Numbered from the stretch's first letter, positions 42,941-53,515 are shown. The stretch: DNA of 64,000 nucleotides from Candidatus Latescibacterota bacterium (GCA_965197905.1 CBDAOB010000003.1:864001-928000); one strand, 5' to 3'. Program-made: numbers and translations. Notes: a model not told the origin generated them from the letters alone.

Positions 42941-44398
42941 TTGAAGCATCTCTTCATAGACGATCACGATATCCAGCAGATTGACAACCTGGCGCGCACG
43001 CTGCACCAACTCGAGCACTTCCCAAACAATGTGGTGCTGCGTCCCGAGTATCGCTGGGAGAATGCGGGCATACAGCTCGGCACTGCACCAATCTGGGACC
43101 GGTCCGATGCGAAGTTCAAGACGATCTACGTGGCCGACGGCGCCCCGGAGGACAGCGATGAATCCGGGCGCCGCAGCTATTCCTGTTACGCGGAATCCGC
43201 CGACGGCATCAACTGGGAAAAACCGTTTCTGGGTCTCTGCGACTATCCAGAACCGACGTGGACCGGTAAGCCCATCGGCCGGGAGAACAACATCCTTCCG
43301 AGCCTCTCCGGCGTTTTGCGCGGTCCCCTCTACGACTCTGTGGACGAGAATGACCAGCGGCGTTACAAAGGTTTTTTTCACGGCAGCAAGGGACTGCACC
43401 GTGTCGTCTCCCCGGACTGTCTGCATTGGGAGGAGATGGAAGGCGACCCGCTGCCCAGTCATGATGTCGCTCAGCTGACGCTGCAGGAGGATCCACATCT
43501 ATTTATTGCCATGGCCAAACAGCACGGACCGTACGGCCGCTCCTACTGCCTCACCACCAGTGAGGACTTCGTCAACTGGAGCGACCAGGAGCTGGTGTTT
43601 CACGCCGACCAGACCGACCAGGAGAACGGCTTCAAGCGCCTGCGTCGATTCTACGACGATCCGAGATACAAGACACCTATCTACAATCGCCCCGAAGAAT
43701 GGCGCACCGACATCTACAACTTTCCCGTCATTCCGTACGAAGGCCTTTACCTGGCGCTGCCGGTCATGCATCACTGGGCCGGTAAGAAACCACCGCTTTA
43801 CGAGAATGTGGAAAGCCGCAAGTCTTTAGAGCTGGCCGTGAGTCGCGATCTGCGTCACTGGGAGCGGGTGGCAAGCCGGAAGCCGTTTCTGGAGCTGTCG
43901 CCGGTTGGAGAGGGCAGCGCCTACGATCTGGCGCAGCTGGTCTCCACCGAGGGTTTTGTGCTCCGCAACGAGGAGCTATGGTTCTACTTGACTGGGCTCA
44001 AGCACAGAGCCTTGTCTATGGCTGACTCCAAGGGCGGGAAGTTGTTTGACAGCTCCGCGGTTTATATGACCAAGCTGCGGGTCGACGGGTTTGTTGGGTT
44101 GAAGGGAGGTGTCGAGTCGGGATCGGTGGTTACGAGGCCTCTGGATGTAACGGCGCCGATCCTCAGTGTAAACGTCGACTCGTGGGGGGGGGAGCTGCAG
44201 GTAGAGGTGTTGGATCCGGAAGAGAACAGAGCTTTACCCGGCTTTGGAGCCGAAGATTGTATACCAATCACCGTGGACCGCATCGACGAGAGGATTTGCT
44301 GGAAAAAGAAGCGGGACATGGGCGATCTTATGGGACGCACGGTGCGGCTGCGATTCTCACTCTTGCAAGCCGAGCTCTACAGTTTCTGGTTTCGCTGA
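42941..44398 (+). CDS. GH32-like beta-propeller protein (close paralog of 14427-15899)
   Basis: Shared blocks YNRPEEWRTD and PVMHHW.GK.PPLYENV.SRKS. Confidence 0.78.
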   Translation: MKHLFIDDHDIQQIDNLARTLHQLEHFPNNVVLRPEYRWENAGIQLGTAPIWDRSDAKFKTIYVADGAPEDSDESGRRSYSCYAESADGINWEKPFLGLCDYPEPTWTGKPIGRENNILPSLSGVLRGPLYDSVDENDQRRYKGFFHGSKGLHRVVSPDCLHWEEMEGDPLPSHDVAQLTLQEDPHLFIAMAKQHGPYGRSYCLTTSEDFVNWSDQELVFHADQTDQENGFKRLRRFYDDPRYKTPIYNRPEEWRTDIYNFPVIPYEGLYLALPVMHHWAGKKPPLYENVESRKSLELAVSRDLRHWERVASRKPFLELSPVGEGSAYDLAQLVSTEGFVLRNEELWFYLTGLKHRALSMADSKGGKLFDSSAVYMTKLRVDGFVGLKGGVESGSVVTRPLDVTAPILSVNVDSWGGELQVEVLDPEENRALPGFGAEDCIPITVDRIDERICWKKKRDMGDLMGRTVRLRFSLLQAELYSFWFR

Positions 44399-44507
44399 GC
44401 ATGGCGAACCGCCCGCCAAGAAAAGTCGACGAGGACACAATTTTTTCGTTGTCGCCATTTTCGTATGCTGACCTACAAATGGAATATCTCACAAGAAGGA
44501 AAGGGCT

Positions 44508-45535
44508 ATGCTCGAAACAACCGTAGTTGGCAGTTATCCGCAGCCGGACTGGCTGATCGACCGCGATCGCCTGCAGAAACGGCCGCCGCCGCGAGCTGTG
44601 GCTAAGGAGTTGTGGCGGATTCCGGAGGAGTATCTAACCGAAGCTCAAGACGACGCGACACGTCTGGCCATCAACTACATGGAAACCGCGGGTATCGATA
44701 CGATCACTGACGGCGAGGTTCGCCGAGAGAGCTACTCCAATCGATTTGCGAACGGTCTTTCTGGCATCGACATCGATAACCAGGTGTCTTCATCGAACGA
44801 AACGGTCGGGAGAATTCGGCGCCCCGCATCGTTGGTCCGATCCGTCACAAGGGGGATGTGGAGGTGAGCGACGTTCAGTTCCTACGCGCCAACTCCGACC
44901 GGAAGATCAAGATCACCATACCGGGTCCCTTCACCATGACCCAGCAAACCCAGGACGACCACTACGGCGACGAGCAGGCGATGGCCCTGGACTTTGCCGC
45001 GGCTGTCAACGTTGAGATCAAACATCTCTTCGCCGCCGGCGTCGATGTGGTCCAGCTGGATGAACCATACCTCCAGGCGAAACCAGAAAATGCCCAGGAG
45101 TACGGCGTCGAGATGATTAATAAAGCGTTGGAAGGGGTGACGGGAACCACCGCTTTGCACATGTGTTTCGGCTACGGATTTTTCATCAAGGACAAACCGG
45201 CCGGTTATTCCTTCCTGGAGGAGCTCAACGACACCACCGTGAATCAGCTGTCGATCGAAGCCGCGCAACCGGGGTTAGACGTATCCATTCTCAAGGCGAT
45301 TCCGGAGAAGATCATTATTCTGGGGGTCATCGACAACTCCAGCCTAGATGTGGAAACACCCGAACTCGTGGCAGACCGGATCCGCACGGCCCTTGAATAC
45401 GTTCCTCCAGAGCGATTGATGCCTGCGCCAGATTGCGGCATGAAATATCTGCCGCGGGATGCCGCGATGGCGAAACTAAAAGCCCTGGTTGCAGGCACCG
45501 AGATCCTGCGAACCGAGATGGCAGGGTCGATATAG
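44508..45535 (+). pseudogene. Cobalamin-independent methionine synthase II-like (MetE C-terminal domain) protein, frameshifted at ~44780
   Basis: TVVGSYPQP, TDGEVRRESY, then in the other frame PGPFT, QLDEP, LHMCFG, APDCG. Adding one C at 44780-81 gives DN-PGVFIERNGRENSAPRIVGPIR. Confidence 0.85.
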
Positions 45536-45614
45536 AGTCATGCTGCGGGTCGGCGGCTCAGTCACACCTACTGGTTCGAGGAAAGAAACGAACTCCGTAT
45601 AGAACCAGTGACCG

Positions 45615-46853
45615 ATGCCGAATCAATCGGGTTTACCGCCGCTGCGACGAGTTGCGGGACGAAACTACGCCTATTCCACACTCGCCGGTGTCACGTCCGG
45701 TACGTGGCAGCCAATAATTGTGTTGCACCTGGCGGACCGCAACCTTCCGCTGGTCGCGTTCGGCGTGCTCACCGCTTCGGTGGGCATCGCACATTTGATT
45801 TCAGAAGTCCCCACTGGCGTGATCGCCGACCGCATCAGCCGGAAGTGGAGCCTCACCCTCGCCTCGCTGCTACATGCCGTCGCGATGTTAATGCTCGCAT
45901 GGGCTCCAAACGTCCCCATGCTTGTGCTCGTCGGCGGCCTTTATGGTTTGGGGGCGTCGTTCCTTTCCGGTGCCGGAGAGGCTCTTCTCTACGACAAGCT
46001 CAAGGATCATGGGTTGGAAAAGCGCGCCCATGAGGCACTCTCGTCGGACGCGTCGTTCAGCCTGGCTGGAACGCTGATCGGCATCATGGTTACCAGCCTG
46101 ATGATCCAGATCACGGAACTGTGGGTGCCACTGGTCGTCGGTGCCTCCGCGGCGATGGCCGCTGCTGGCGTCGCGGCATCGCTTGTCGAGCCGGTCGTGC
46201 TCCAGCAAACACGTACCGCTCAATCGGAAGGTAGCAGCTTCATTGCGAGTGTTCGCCATGTAGGCGTCAGTCTCCGAGCGATATCCCACGCTCCTGCACT
46301 GAGTATCGTCGCGGTGTCGGTGTTCATTCAGCGTATCTTTCAGTTCGTTCCCAACTTCTTCGCCCAACTTCACCTGAGAGCGCTGGGTCTGTCCGCCTCA
46401 GGGATCAGTAGCCTGTACATCCTGTTCAGGTTAGGAGCCCTCGCCGGCGCCAGGAGTTCGGGGCGGATTACCAGCCGCTTCGGTGAGAACGAACGTTGGC
46501 CAATTACTCTGGTGGTGACCCTTGCCATACTCTCACTCGCACTCTTGAACGCGGTGCCTATCGTTACCGCGGCGGTGCTTGCGTTAGTGGGAATCAATTT
46601 CATGGCAGGTGTCCATGGACCGCTCGTGTCGGCGAGCCTCAATCGACGCCTTGCGAGTGAGACTCGGGCCAGCGCGCTGTCCTTTGTGGGCATGACTCAC
46701 AGTTTAAGCCAAATCGTTGTCACGCCGGTGTTTTCGGGCATTGCCGACGCGACATCTCTCGACGCCAGCATGAGCCTGTTCGGTTGGATATTCTCCGCTG
46801 GTTGTCTCGTCGCACTTGGATTCGTTTGGATGACTCTGTCAAACGGACGGTAG
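45615..46853 (+). CDS. MFS transporter
   Basis: EVPTGVIADRISRK, SGAGEALLYD, RASALS. Confidence 0.9.
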   Translation: MPNQSGLPPLRRVAGRNYAYSTLAGVTSGTWQPIIVLHLADRNLPLVAFGVLTASVGIAHLISEVPTGVIADRISRKWSLTLASLLHAVAMLMLAWAPNVPMLVLVGGLYGLGASFLSGAGEALLYDKLKDHGLEKRAHEALSSDASFSLAGTLIGIMVTSLMIQITELWVPLVVGASAAMAAAGVAASLVEPVVLQQTRTAQSEGSSFIASVRHVGVSLRAISHAPALSIVAVSVFIQRIFQFVPNFFAQLHLRALGLSASGISSLYILFRLGALAGARSSGRITSRFGENERWPITLVVTLAILSLALLNAVPIVTAAVLALVGINFMAGVHGPLVSASLNRRLASETRASALSFVGMTHSLSQIVVTPVFSGIADATSLDASMSLFGWIFSAGCLVALGFVWMTLSNGR

Positions 46854-47032
46854 GAGCCACCAATCGGAACTGCAGGGTGCCACGGTAGAGCGGCAGCAAC
46901 GAAGACGCGAGGCGGCGTTGACCTCAGGCGGACATTCATGACCACTACCCAAACTCGCCAGCGCTTTCAGACCGCGCTCGACACCCTCCTAACAGGTGCG
47001 GGACGACCGGCACGCCGAGCTCGAGATAGGCT

Positions 47033-48418
47033 TCAATCTTCGGCGAAGCCGAAGAGCCACTTCTGCTCCGAAGCGACGGACAACACCAGGGACCAGCCGG
47101 TCTCAAGTGGCCCCCAGAGATCCTCGTCCTCGATGTAGAGCCCGTACCGCTGGGTGCCGTCATCGTCCGTGACAATCTCGCTCCCCTGGGCGAAGCGGAA
47201 GCGGGTGCCCCTCAAATCCTTCGCTTCGTCACACGCCCCCTTGTCTCGGTAGACGGTCAGTTTGCCCAGCTCGAACTCCCAGGCAAACAAACAGCTAACA
47301 CAGGGCTCCACCGGCACGGCTCCCGTAATCTCGTAGGAGAGCTCGCAGGTTGCACCGGTGCCGACGTTCCGCTCGAAGCGGATGCGGCCGTTACCGGTAT
47401 CCGTGTCGATAGTGCCCGTCCATGAACTGCGGTCGCCGCAGCCCCAGCATTCGCACCCGGAGCAGGGAGGAACCCCTTCTGACCGGACGAAGAATCCGAC
47501 TGAATCCACCGAAGCGGAAGCGAAGAGGCCGATCCCGTTCTCGATGTTGAACAGGGGCCGCTGAAATCCCTGGCCGGCTTCTCCTGCGCCCCGGTCCGCA
47601 TCGACGTTATCGGTGCGGACAAGGTCGAACCAATTCTGGTCGACGGCGAAGAGTTTGACCTTGTGCCGTCCAGCGAAGAAGATGCCCTGCCACGGCAGGT
47701 AAAGGGCCGCTTCGTCCAGTCTCAGGAGTGGTGAGGTCTCCAGGCGCTCGAGGTCTTCCACATCCTCGTCGCTGATCAGGTCACTGTCGAACAACAGCGG
47801 ACTGGTGTTCTCCAGGTTCTGCACCCCGAACTGGTAGGAGGCGGCATCGCCGGCGAGCTGCAGCCGGACTTCCAGGGCGCCGACCGTATACTCAAGCTGG
47901 TTCTCGGGGGCCTGGTAGACACCGTCGCCAATGTCGTCGAACAATCTCAGGCGCCGTAGTTCCTTCTCCAGGTCATCGTCCAGCAATACAAACTCGGAGA
48001 TGCGCATGCGTGGTGGGGTCTGGGTTGTCGCACGAATCTCTGGGTGTCCTGTCGAGATGACAGACAACTCGTAGGTGGAGGCGGGGGCCACGGGCGGCGC
48101 TCCATCTGGAGGCAGGTAGCGTCCCGGTGTCGACTGATCGGGTAGATAGTCGAAAACTGCGTCCGCGGTCTGAATCGAGACCTCCGCTCCGCTAAACGCC
48201 GTTGCGGCCGCCAAGTAGGCCAAGCCAGGCGCCACCGTGATCCGCAGATCCACGTGGGGCAAGGGGGCGTCGACGATGAGGATGGCGTCGACCACCACAG
48301 TGTTGTCCTCGCTGGGGCCGAACAGGTCTTCTGGATCCCTGTCCGCCTTGAGGGGCCCGGGCGCGTCGCAAGCCAGCAGAGTTACAAGAGAGAGGAACAA
48401 AAAGAGTAATGCACCCAT
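47033..48418 (-). CDS. DUF4249-like lipoprotein with Cys-rich C-terminal extension
   Basis: Lipobox LLAC, NIENGIGLFASASVDS, downstream of TonB-dependent receptor. Confidence 0.75.
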   Translation of the reverse strand: MGALLFLFLSLVTLLACDAPGPLKADRDPEDLFGPSEDNTVVVDAILIVDAPLPHVDLRITVAPGLAYLAAATAFSGAEVSIQTADAVFDYLPDQSTPGRYLPPDGAPPVAPASTYELSVISTGHPEIRATTQTPPRMRISEFVLLDDDLEKELRRLRLFDDIGDGVYQAPENQLEYTVGALEVRLQLAGDAASYQFGVQNLENTSPLLFDSDLISDEDVEDLERLETSPLLRLDEAALYLPWQGIFFAGRHKVKLFAVDQNWFDLVRTDNVDADRGAGEAGQGFQRPLFNIENGIGLFASASVDSVGFFVRSEGVPPCSGCECWGCGDRSSWTGTIDTDTGNGRIRFERNVGTGATCELSYEITGAVPVEPCVSCLFAWEFELGKLTVYRDKGACDEAKDLRGTRFRFAQGSEIVTDDDGTQRYGLYIEDEDLWGPLETGWSLVLSVASEQKWLFGFAED

Positions 48419-48421
48419 CGC

Positions 48422-51016
48422 TCAGAACCTGAAGTCGATGCCGAAGGTGGGAAGGACCGGGAACATCCTGACCACGTTTGGTTTCTTGCTGGAATCCTCG
48501 GTGTCGTATTCGACAAACCATTCGTTGCGTCGGTTGTAGATGTTGAAGACCTGCACGTAGAGCTCGGCGTTGACCCCGTCGCCAAACATCGTGAGCGTAC
48601 GCCGCGCACCAACGTCCAGACGGTGATAGGGCAGCAAGCGGGCCGTGTTACGCCGCGCTGCGAGCAGCCGGTCTACGGGCTGGTCGGAAGCCGGGTTGCG
48701 CAGTGTATAGCGGGCACCGGCGGGGGTAAAGGCCTGGCCGGTTCCGTAGACAAAATTGGCAGTCAGAATCCACCCACCGCAGGTGGGACAGAGGGGGGCG
48801 AAACGATAGGTGGCAGTCAGCGAAAGATCGTGGCGCCGATCGTACTTCGGTGGGAAGGACTGGCCTGCATCGATCTCCGGGAAGGTTCGCCGCGTCCTGC
48901 CAAGAGTGTAGCCCAACCAGCCGGTTAGGCGGCCGCTGCGTTTCTCAGCGAACAGCTCCAGGCCGGCGGCGTACCCCTTGCCTCCGGTCTTGAACACGTC
49001 TTCGGAGGTCTCCTGCTCCCTGTTCTCCTCCCGCTCCTCGTCGATGACGACCAGATTCGCCAGATCGGTGTAGTAGGTCTCGGCGCTGAGCCGGTAGGCG
49101 TTGGAAGGTTCCCATTCCACGCCCGCCACCGCCTGCCGGGAACGTCCGGGTTCCACAGTCTCGTCCAGCGGGACCCAGCTGTCGGCGCCGCTGAAACCCT
49201 CTGTCGACACCAGCTGCAGGTACTGCCGGTATTGCCCCGCGGCGAGCTTGAGGCGCAGACCCTCCTGCAGCAAATGGCTGACAGACAGACGTGGATTCAC
49301 CGACAGGTGATCCCCCTCTTCGTAGTAGGTACCCCGAACGCCGAAGCGAGCTTCTGTTAGCTGAGTGAGCTGCCAATCGTCCTGGAGGTAGGCCGAGAGG
49401 AGGAACGGTTCGATGGACAGATTGTCTCTGTACTGATCGAACCGGAAGCCGTAGTCGAAGCGGAAGAAGGTGAGATCGAGCCCCGTTCGCAGCGTGTGAT
49501 CGGTCGCGGCGTAGTAGTCCAGGTCCCCCTTCAGGGTTATATCACGCACGCGGTTGCGGATGGCGATGGGTGTATCGAAGATGTCCAGGGTGATGTCGCT
49601 CTGGTATTTGGAGAACATCGCGATAGCGCGTCCGAAAACCGCTGGGGAGAAGACGTGGGTCCAGCGACCGGTCAAGGCCCGGTTGCCCCAGCGCATATCG
49701 AAGGCGAGACTGTCGGCTCCTTCGCTCACACCGACGTTGAGATCGTCGTCGCCCCCGTAGACACTGATCATGAGGTTGTCATCTGGTGTGACCTGGGTGT
49801 TCACCTTGCCGTTGATATCGTAGAAGTAATAACCAAGGCCATCCAGGTTGTCCGAAGCGCCACGAATCGCGCGCAGAACCGGATCGATGTAAGTGCGCCG
49901 GCCGGCCACCATCCAGGAACCCCGACCCAGAGGTCCTTCGACCATGAGGCGGCTGGAGATGAGGCTGACGCCGCCGCTGGTGTTGAAGTCGCGGCGATTC
50001 CCATCGCGATTCTGTACGTCGAGGACCGCGCCCAGGTTGCCGCCGTACTGGGCGGGATAGGCGCCCTTGTAGAAGGTGACGTCCTTGATGGCGTCCGGAT
50101 TGAAGGTGGAGAAGAATCCGAAGGCATGGGAGGGGTTGTAGAGCCGCACTTGGTCGAGCCGGATCCCGGTCTGGTCGGGGCCACCCCCGCGCACGTAAAG
50201 CCCGCTGCTGAAGTCCGACGCCGTCTGCACCCCCGGCAGCAGCTGCAGGCTGCGCAGCAGGTCGGGTTCCGCCATGGCCGGCATGCGCTGCAGCGTCTGC
50301 ATTTTCAGGGCGACGACGCTCGGCTGCTGGCGCAGCTCGTTTTTGACCGGGTTAGCCTCCGCTTCCACCACAACCTCACCCAGGATCAAGGTCTCCCGCT
50401 CCAGCTCGATGTCTAGGCGCAGGTCCTCTCCGGGGGTCAACTCCAAGGTGTCGCGGAACGTGGTGTAACCCACATAGGACACCGCAACTGCAGAAATCCC
50501 TGCGGGGACGCCCTTGATAGCGTAGTAACCTTCGGTGTTGCTGAGAGCGCCCATATTTCGCTCCCCGAACCTCACCGCCACGGTGGCGTTTGGAAGGCTT
50601 TCGCCGTCCCTGCGATCGCGCACGAAACCACTGACGGTGCCGACTCGACGCTGTTTGCCCGACCGTTTCGAGGGAACAATGGCCAACTGACCCTTTTCGG
50701 TAATGTGCAGCTCCGTTCCGGTCTTATTCATCACGTAGAGCAAGGCTTCCAGGGCTCGTACGTCTTTCATTCTGATCGTAATCTTCTCGTTGACCGGAAT
50801 GCGGTCGCGATTGTAACTCAAAGTGAAATCACCCTTGTCGGCGATATCGACGAGGGCCTTCTCCAGGGGGACATCGGTGAGATCGATGGATATGACTGTG
50901 AGAACGGCTTGCGGAAGGTTGCGTCCGCTGAGCTCGATGAAGGAGGCGGGACGAGCGGTTGAGGGAGCGATCAAAGCGGCAATGGCGGCCACCAGGACGA
51001 GCCAGGATCTTGTCAT
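48422..51016 (-). CDS. TonB-dependent receptor with N-terminal STN signalling and carboxypeptidase-like domains
   Basis: STN-like N-terminus, SGFVRD..GESLPNA, VRGGGPDQ, YKGAYPAQYGG, terminal DFRF. Confidence 0.92.
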   Translation of the reverse strand: MTRSWLVLVAAIAALIAPSTARPASFIELSGRNLPQAVLTVISIDLTDVPLEKALVDIADKGDFTLSYNRDRIPVNEKITIRMKDVRALEALLYVMNKTGTELHITEKGQLAIVPSKRSGKQRRVGTVSGFVRDRRDGESLPNATVAVRFGERNMGALSNTEGYYAIKGVPAGISAVAVSYVGYTTFRDTLELTPGEDLRLDIELERETLILGEVVVEAEANPVKNELRQQPSVVALKMQTLQRMPAMAEPDLLRSLQLLPGVQTASDFSSGLYVRGGGPDQTGIRLDQVRLYNPSHAFGFFSTFNPDAIKDVTFYKGAYPAQYGGNLGAVLDVQNRDGNRRDFNTSGGVSLISSRLMVEGPLGRGSWMVAGRRTYIDPVLRAIRGASDNLDGLGYYFYDINGKVNTQVTPDDNLMISVYGGDDDLNVGVSEGADSLAFDMRWGNRALTGRWTHVFSPAVFGRAIAMFSKYQSDITLDIFDTPIAIRNRVRDITLKGDLDYYAATDHTLRTGLDLTFFRFDYGFRFDQYRDNLSIEPFLLSAYLQDDWQLTQLTEARFGVRGTYYEEGDHLSVNPRLSVSHLLQEGLRLKLAAGQYRQYLQLVSTEGFSGADSWVPLDETVEPGRSRQAVAGVEWEPSNAYRLSAETYYTDLANLVVIDEEREENREQETSEDVFKTGGKGYAAGLELFAEKRSGRLTGWLGYTLGRTRRTFPEIDAGQSFPPKYDRRHDLSLTATYRFAPLCPTCGGWILTANFVYGTGQAFTPAGARYTLRNPASDQPVDRLLAARRNTARLLPYHRLDVGARRTLTMFGDGVNAELYVQVFNIYNRRNEWFVEYDTEDSSKKPNVVRMFPVLPTFGIDFRF

Positions 51017-51065
51017 CTTAACGGAGCCCGTTCATGGCTCTCGCATCAAGATCATCGTCGTTCTT

Positions 51066-52085
51066 TCAGTCTTTCGATGTCAACCGGACCACATCGCCAG
51101 TTCGCTGATATTCCAGATCCGTCAATGCCGAGCTCAGCTCCAGAACACCCTCCAGGGACTCAGCGTCGATATGCAACGTAAGCTGCTCCGCAGCAATAGC
51201 GGTATCCTCAGTAATAAATCGCACATCGTACCAGCGTTCTAGTTGATGCAGGATCTCACTCAAGGGAACGCTGTCAAAGAACGCTTCCCGATGCAGCCAG
51301 CCCAGATGTTTCGCTATCTCCACAGCACGCGGTTTTGCTGGCAAACCGTCCTTCGGACACACGCTCATCTCTCCCTTCCCGATCCCCACATCCTGCCTTC
51401 TGTCCCCATCAGCACCGAATGAGACTTTTCCTTCCGCAACCGCGACGGTGACCCTCTGTTCCCCCTGCCACGCTCTCACATTGAACCGAGTTCCCAGAAC
51501 CCGGATTCTCGCGTCATCGGCGCGTACGACAAACGGCTGGTTCGTACGGGACGCCACCTCGAAATACCCCTCGCCGGAAAGCCGCACCGCGCGCTCTTCT
51601 CCTTCGAACGTTGCGGGATACTCTAGAACGCTTCCGGAATCCAATCGAATCCGGGTGCCGTCGCTGAGAGCGAGTTGGCGATGAGCACCGCTCTCCACCA
51701 CCATCTCTTCCCATTCGATCCGTTTCTCGAACGGGAAAACTCCTGCTTCCCGCGCCCCGTAAAACGCCACCGAGGTGGCGATGAGCAAGACAGCGGCTGC
51801 CGCATACCGACGGACAGGATGAAACCAATCGACGAAACGGCCGGCACGGCGGGTTTTTACGGCCGGCACGGTTATTCCCGTCTTCTCGGCGATGTCGTGC
51901 CACATTCCGTTCAGATCAGAGGTGACAGGCTGTGGTTCCGACGTATTCCACACGGTGCTCATGATCGCCATAAGCCGCCGATTTTCCGGGTCGGCAGCGA
52001 TCAGCTCTTCCACTGCTGCCTTTTCTTCCATCGAGCATTCACCCGATAGATAACGTGCGAACAACGCGTCGGATGTCTCGCTCAT
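51066..52085 (-). CDS. fecR: FecR family anti-sigma factor
   Basis: Single TM, LSDGTRI.L, GEGYFEV, VLGTRFNV, LERWYDV. Confidence 0.92.
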   Translation of the reverse strand: MSETSDALFARYLSGECSMEEKAAVEELIAADPENRRLMAIMSTVWNTSEPQPVTSDLNGMWHDIAEKTGITVPAVKTRRAGRFVDWFHPVRRYAAAAVLLIATSVAFYGAREAGVFPFEKRIEWEEMVVESGAHRQLALSDGTRIRLDSGSVLEYPATFEGEERAVRLSGEGYFEVASRTNQPFVVRADDARIRVLGTRFNVRAWQGEQRVTVAVAEGKVSFGADGDRRQDVGIGKGEMSVCPKDGLPAKPRAVEIAKHLGWLHREAFFDSVPLSEILHQLERWYDVRFITEDTAIAAEQLTLHIDAESLEGVLELSSALTDLEYQRTGDVVRLTSKD

Positions 52086-52185
52086 GTCTCCTCCATAGTC
52101 CCAGCCTGCCAACCTGTCAGAAACTCACCGAAAGCTTTGCGCCCAGACTTCCGTTCTCTGGATTGAGAGTGGGACTCATGCTCAT

Positions 52186-52791
52186 CTAACCGGCAGACTT
52201 TCCGTATTTGAATCTCACCGCGTCCCGCTTTCGCTCAATCGTCTTGATGCCGTCAATCCAGTCGTGAAGGATCTGACCTACCAGCAAACCTGCTCCGAGA
52301 ACGACGAATGGCCCGCCCCCACCCCCATCGGTTTTTCGCTCCAGTTTCCTCAGCTTGTAGGTCAAAACACCGCCCTCGTCCTCGATCGGTATCTTCTCGT
52401 AACGTCTGACCCTGCCGCGCACTCCGGTCACATCGACGATCTCGAAGTTGGTTTTCTCCCATCTGTTCTCCTTCTTGTCCCTCATGGATGCGCCAAGGAC
52501 AACGGATACTCCCCCCAATACGGCGGCGCCCACATGCATCCAGCCTTCTCTCTTCTCACCGGCATAGAAGTGCAACGTCCCGGGGAGTGGGACCGACATC
52601 AAAATCAAGCCGACACCCAACCGGCGGTTGGCGTCTCTGTACTCCTCCAGGGTCATTTCAGCCGGTACCGGCCATATGGGAACCTCATTAAGCATCTCGT
52701 TGCCACCATGACTCTGTGCCGTTGAATCTTCGACTACGACGATCGATGATGAGAAGAGCAGGACTGCGAAAACTCCGATGATCTCTTTCAC
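52186..52791 (-). CDS. Hypothetical membrane/secreted protein between ECF sigma and FecR
   Basis: GGAGG RBS plus GTG at 52791; signal-like N-terminus, PG..HFYAG motif, TM segments. Confidence 0.65.
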   Translation of the reverse strand: MKEIIGVFAVLLFSSSIVVVEDSTAQSHGGNEMLNEVPIWPVPAEMTLEEYRDANRRLGVGLILMSVPLPGTLHFYAGEKREGWMHVGAAVLGGVSVVLGASMRDKKENRWEKTNFEIVDVTGVRGRVRRYEKIPIEDEGGVLTYKLRKLERKTDGGGGGPFVVLGAGLLVGQILHDWIDGIKTIERKRDAVRFKYGKSAG

Positions 52792-52963
52792 GATAACCTC
52801 CAGGATGGGCTGAAAAACTACGATCTTGGACCGGAATACTCGATAAAACACACCACTGATACCCCTGAGTCAGAAGTTACCCTGACATCGATCACAAAAA
52901 AACTCCACCAATGAATGTGCCTGCGACGACGTGGAGGCGCGAGTCTCAGAAAATGGGAGGCGC

Positions 52964-53515
52964 TCAGAGCAGGTGGGCGAGTCGTTCCCGCAAGAATCTC
53001 AGGGCATGCCCCATCTGTGTTTCCACAGTCTTGATGGAAACGCCCTGAATCTCGGCGATCTCGGTGTAGGTCAAATGATCGAAGCGGTTCATGGAAAAAC
53101 AGATCCGAGTTTTTTCAGGGAGTGCCTCGACGGCCTGGTGAATTGCAGTGGAAATCTCCGTACCCTGCAACTCATCCTCCGGCGTCTTTGGTCCGGGAAA
53201 CTTCGGAGTTTTGTCTTCCAGGCTCCGGCGCACCACGTCTCCATGCCTCAGGTGCTTCAGCGCCCGGTTCTTGGCGGCGGTGTACAGGTAGCTCTTCACG
53301 CTGAGGGTTGGATCGAGCTGGGTCCTGTTCCCCCACACGGAGAGAAACAGATCCTGGACGAGATTCTCCGCAGTTTGAATATCGCGTACATAGCGGCCGA
53401 CGAACTGAATCAGGGGTTGACAATATGAGCGGAAAAGTTGCTCAAACGCCTTCCCGTCGCCGACGCGAATATTCCGGACCCATTCGGCTTCAATATGCTT
53501 TGACACGTTGGGCAC
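52964..53515 (-). CDS. ECF RNA polymerase sigma-70 factor
   Basis: GDGKAFEQLF, AENLVQDLF..W, LPEKTR..F, EIAEIQGVSIKTVETQM. Confidence 0.95.
   Translation of the reverse strand: MPNVSKHIEAEWVRNIRVGDGKAFEQLFRSYCQPLIQFVGRYVRDIQTAENLVQDLFLSVWGNRTQLDPTLSVKSYLYTAAKNRALKHLRHGDVVRRSLEDKTPKFPGPKTPEDELQGTEISTAIHQAVEALPEKTRICFSMNRFDHLTYTEIAEIQGVSIKTVETQMGHALRFLRERLAHLL

Noticed and set aside
44399..44507. SAM or cobalamin riboswitch upstream of the MetE-like gene
   Set aside because: No recognisable consensus in this short intergenic region
46938..47138. Small ORF MTTTQTRQRFQTALDTLL...
   Set aside because: Overlaps the convergent lipoprotein 3' end; at most a gene remnant, not supportable
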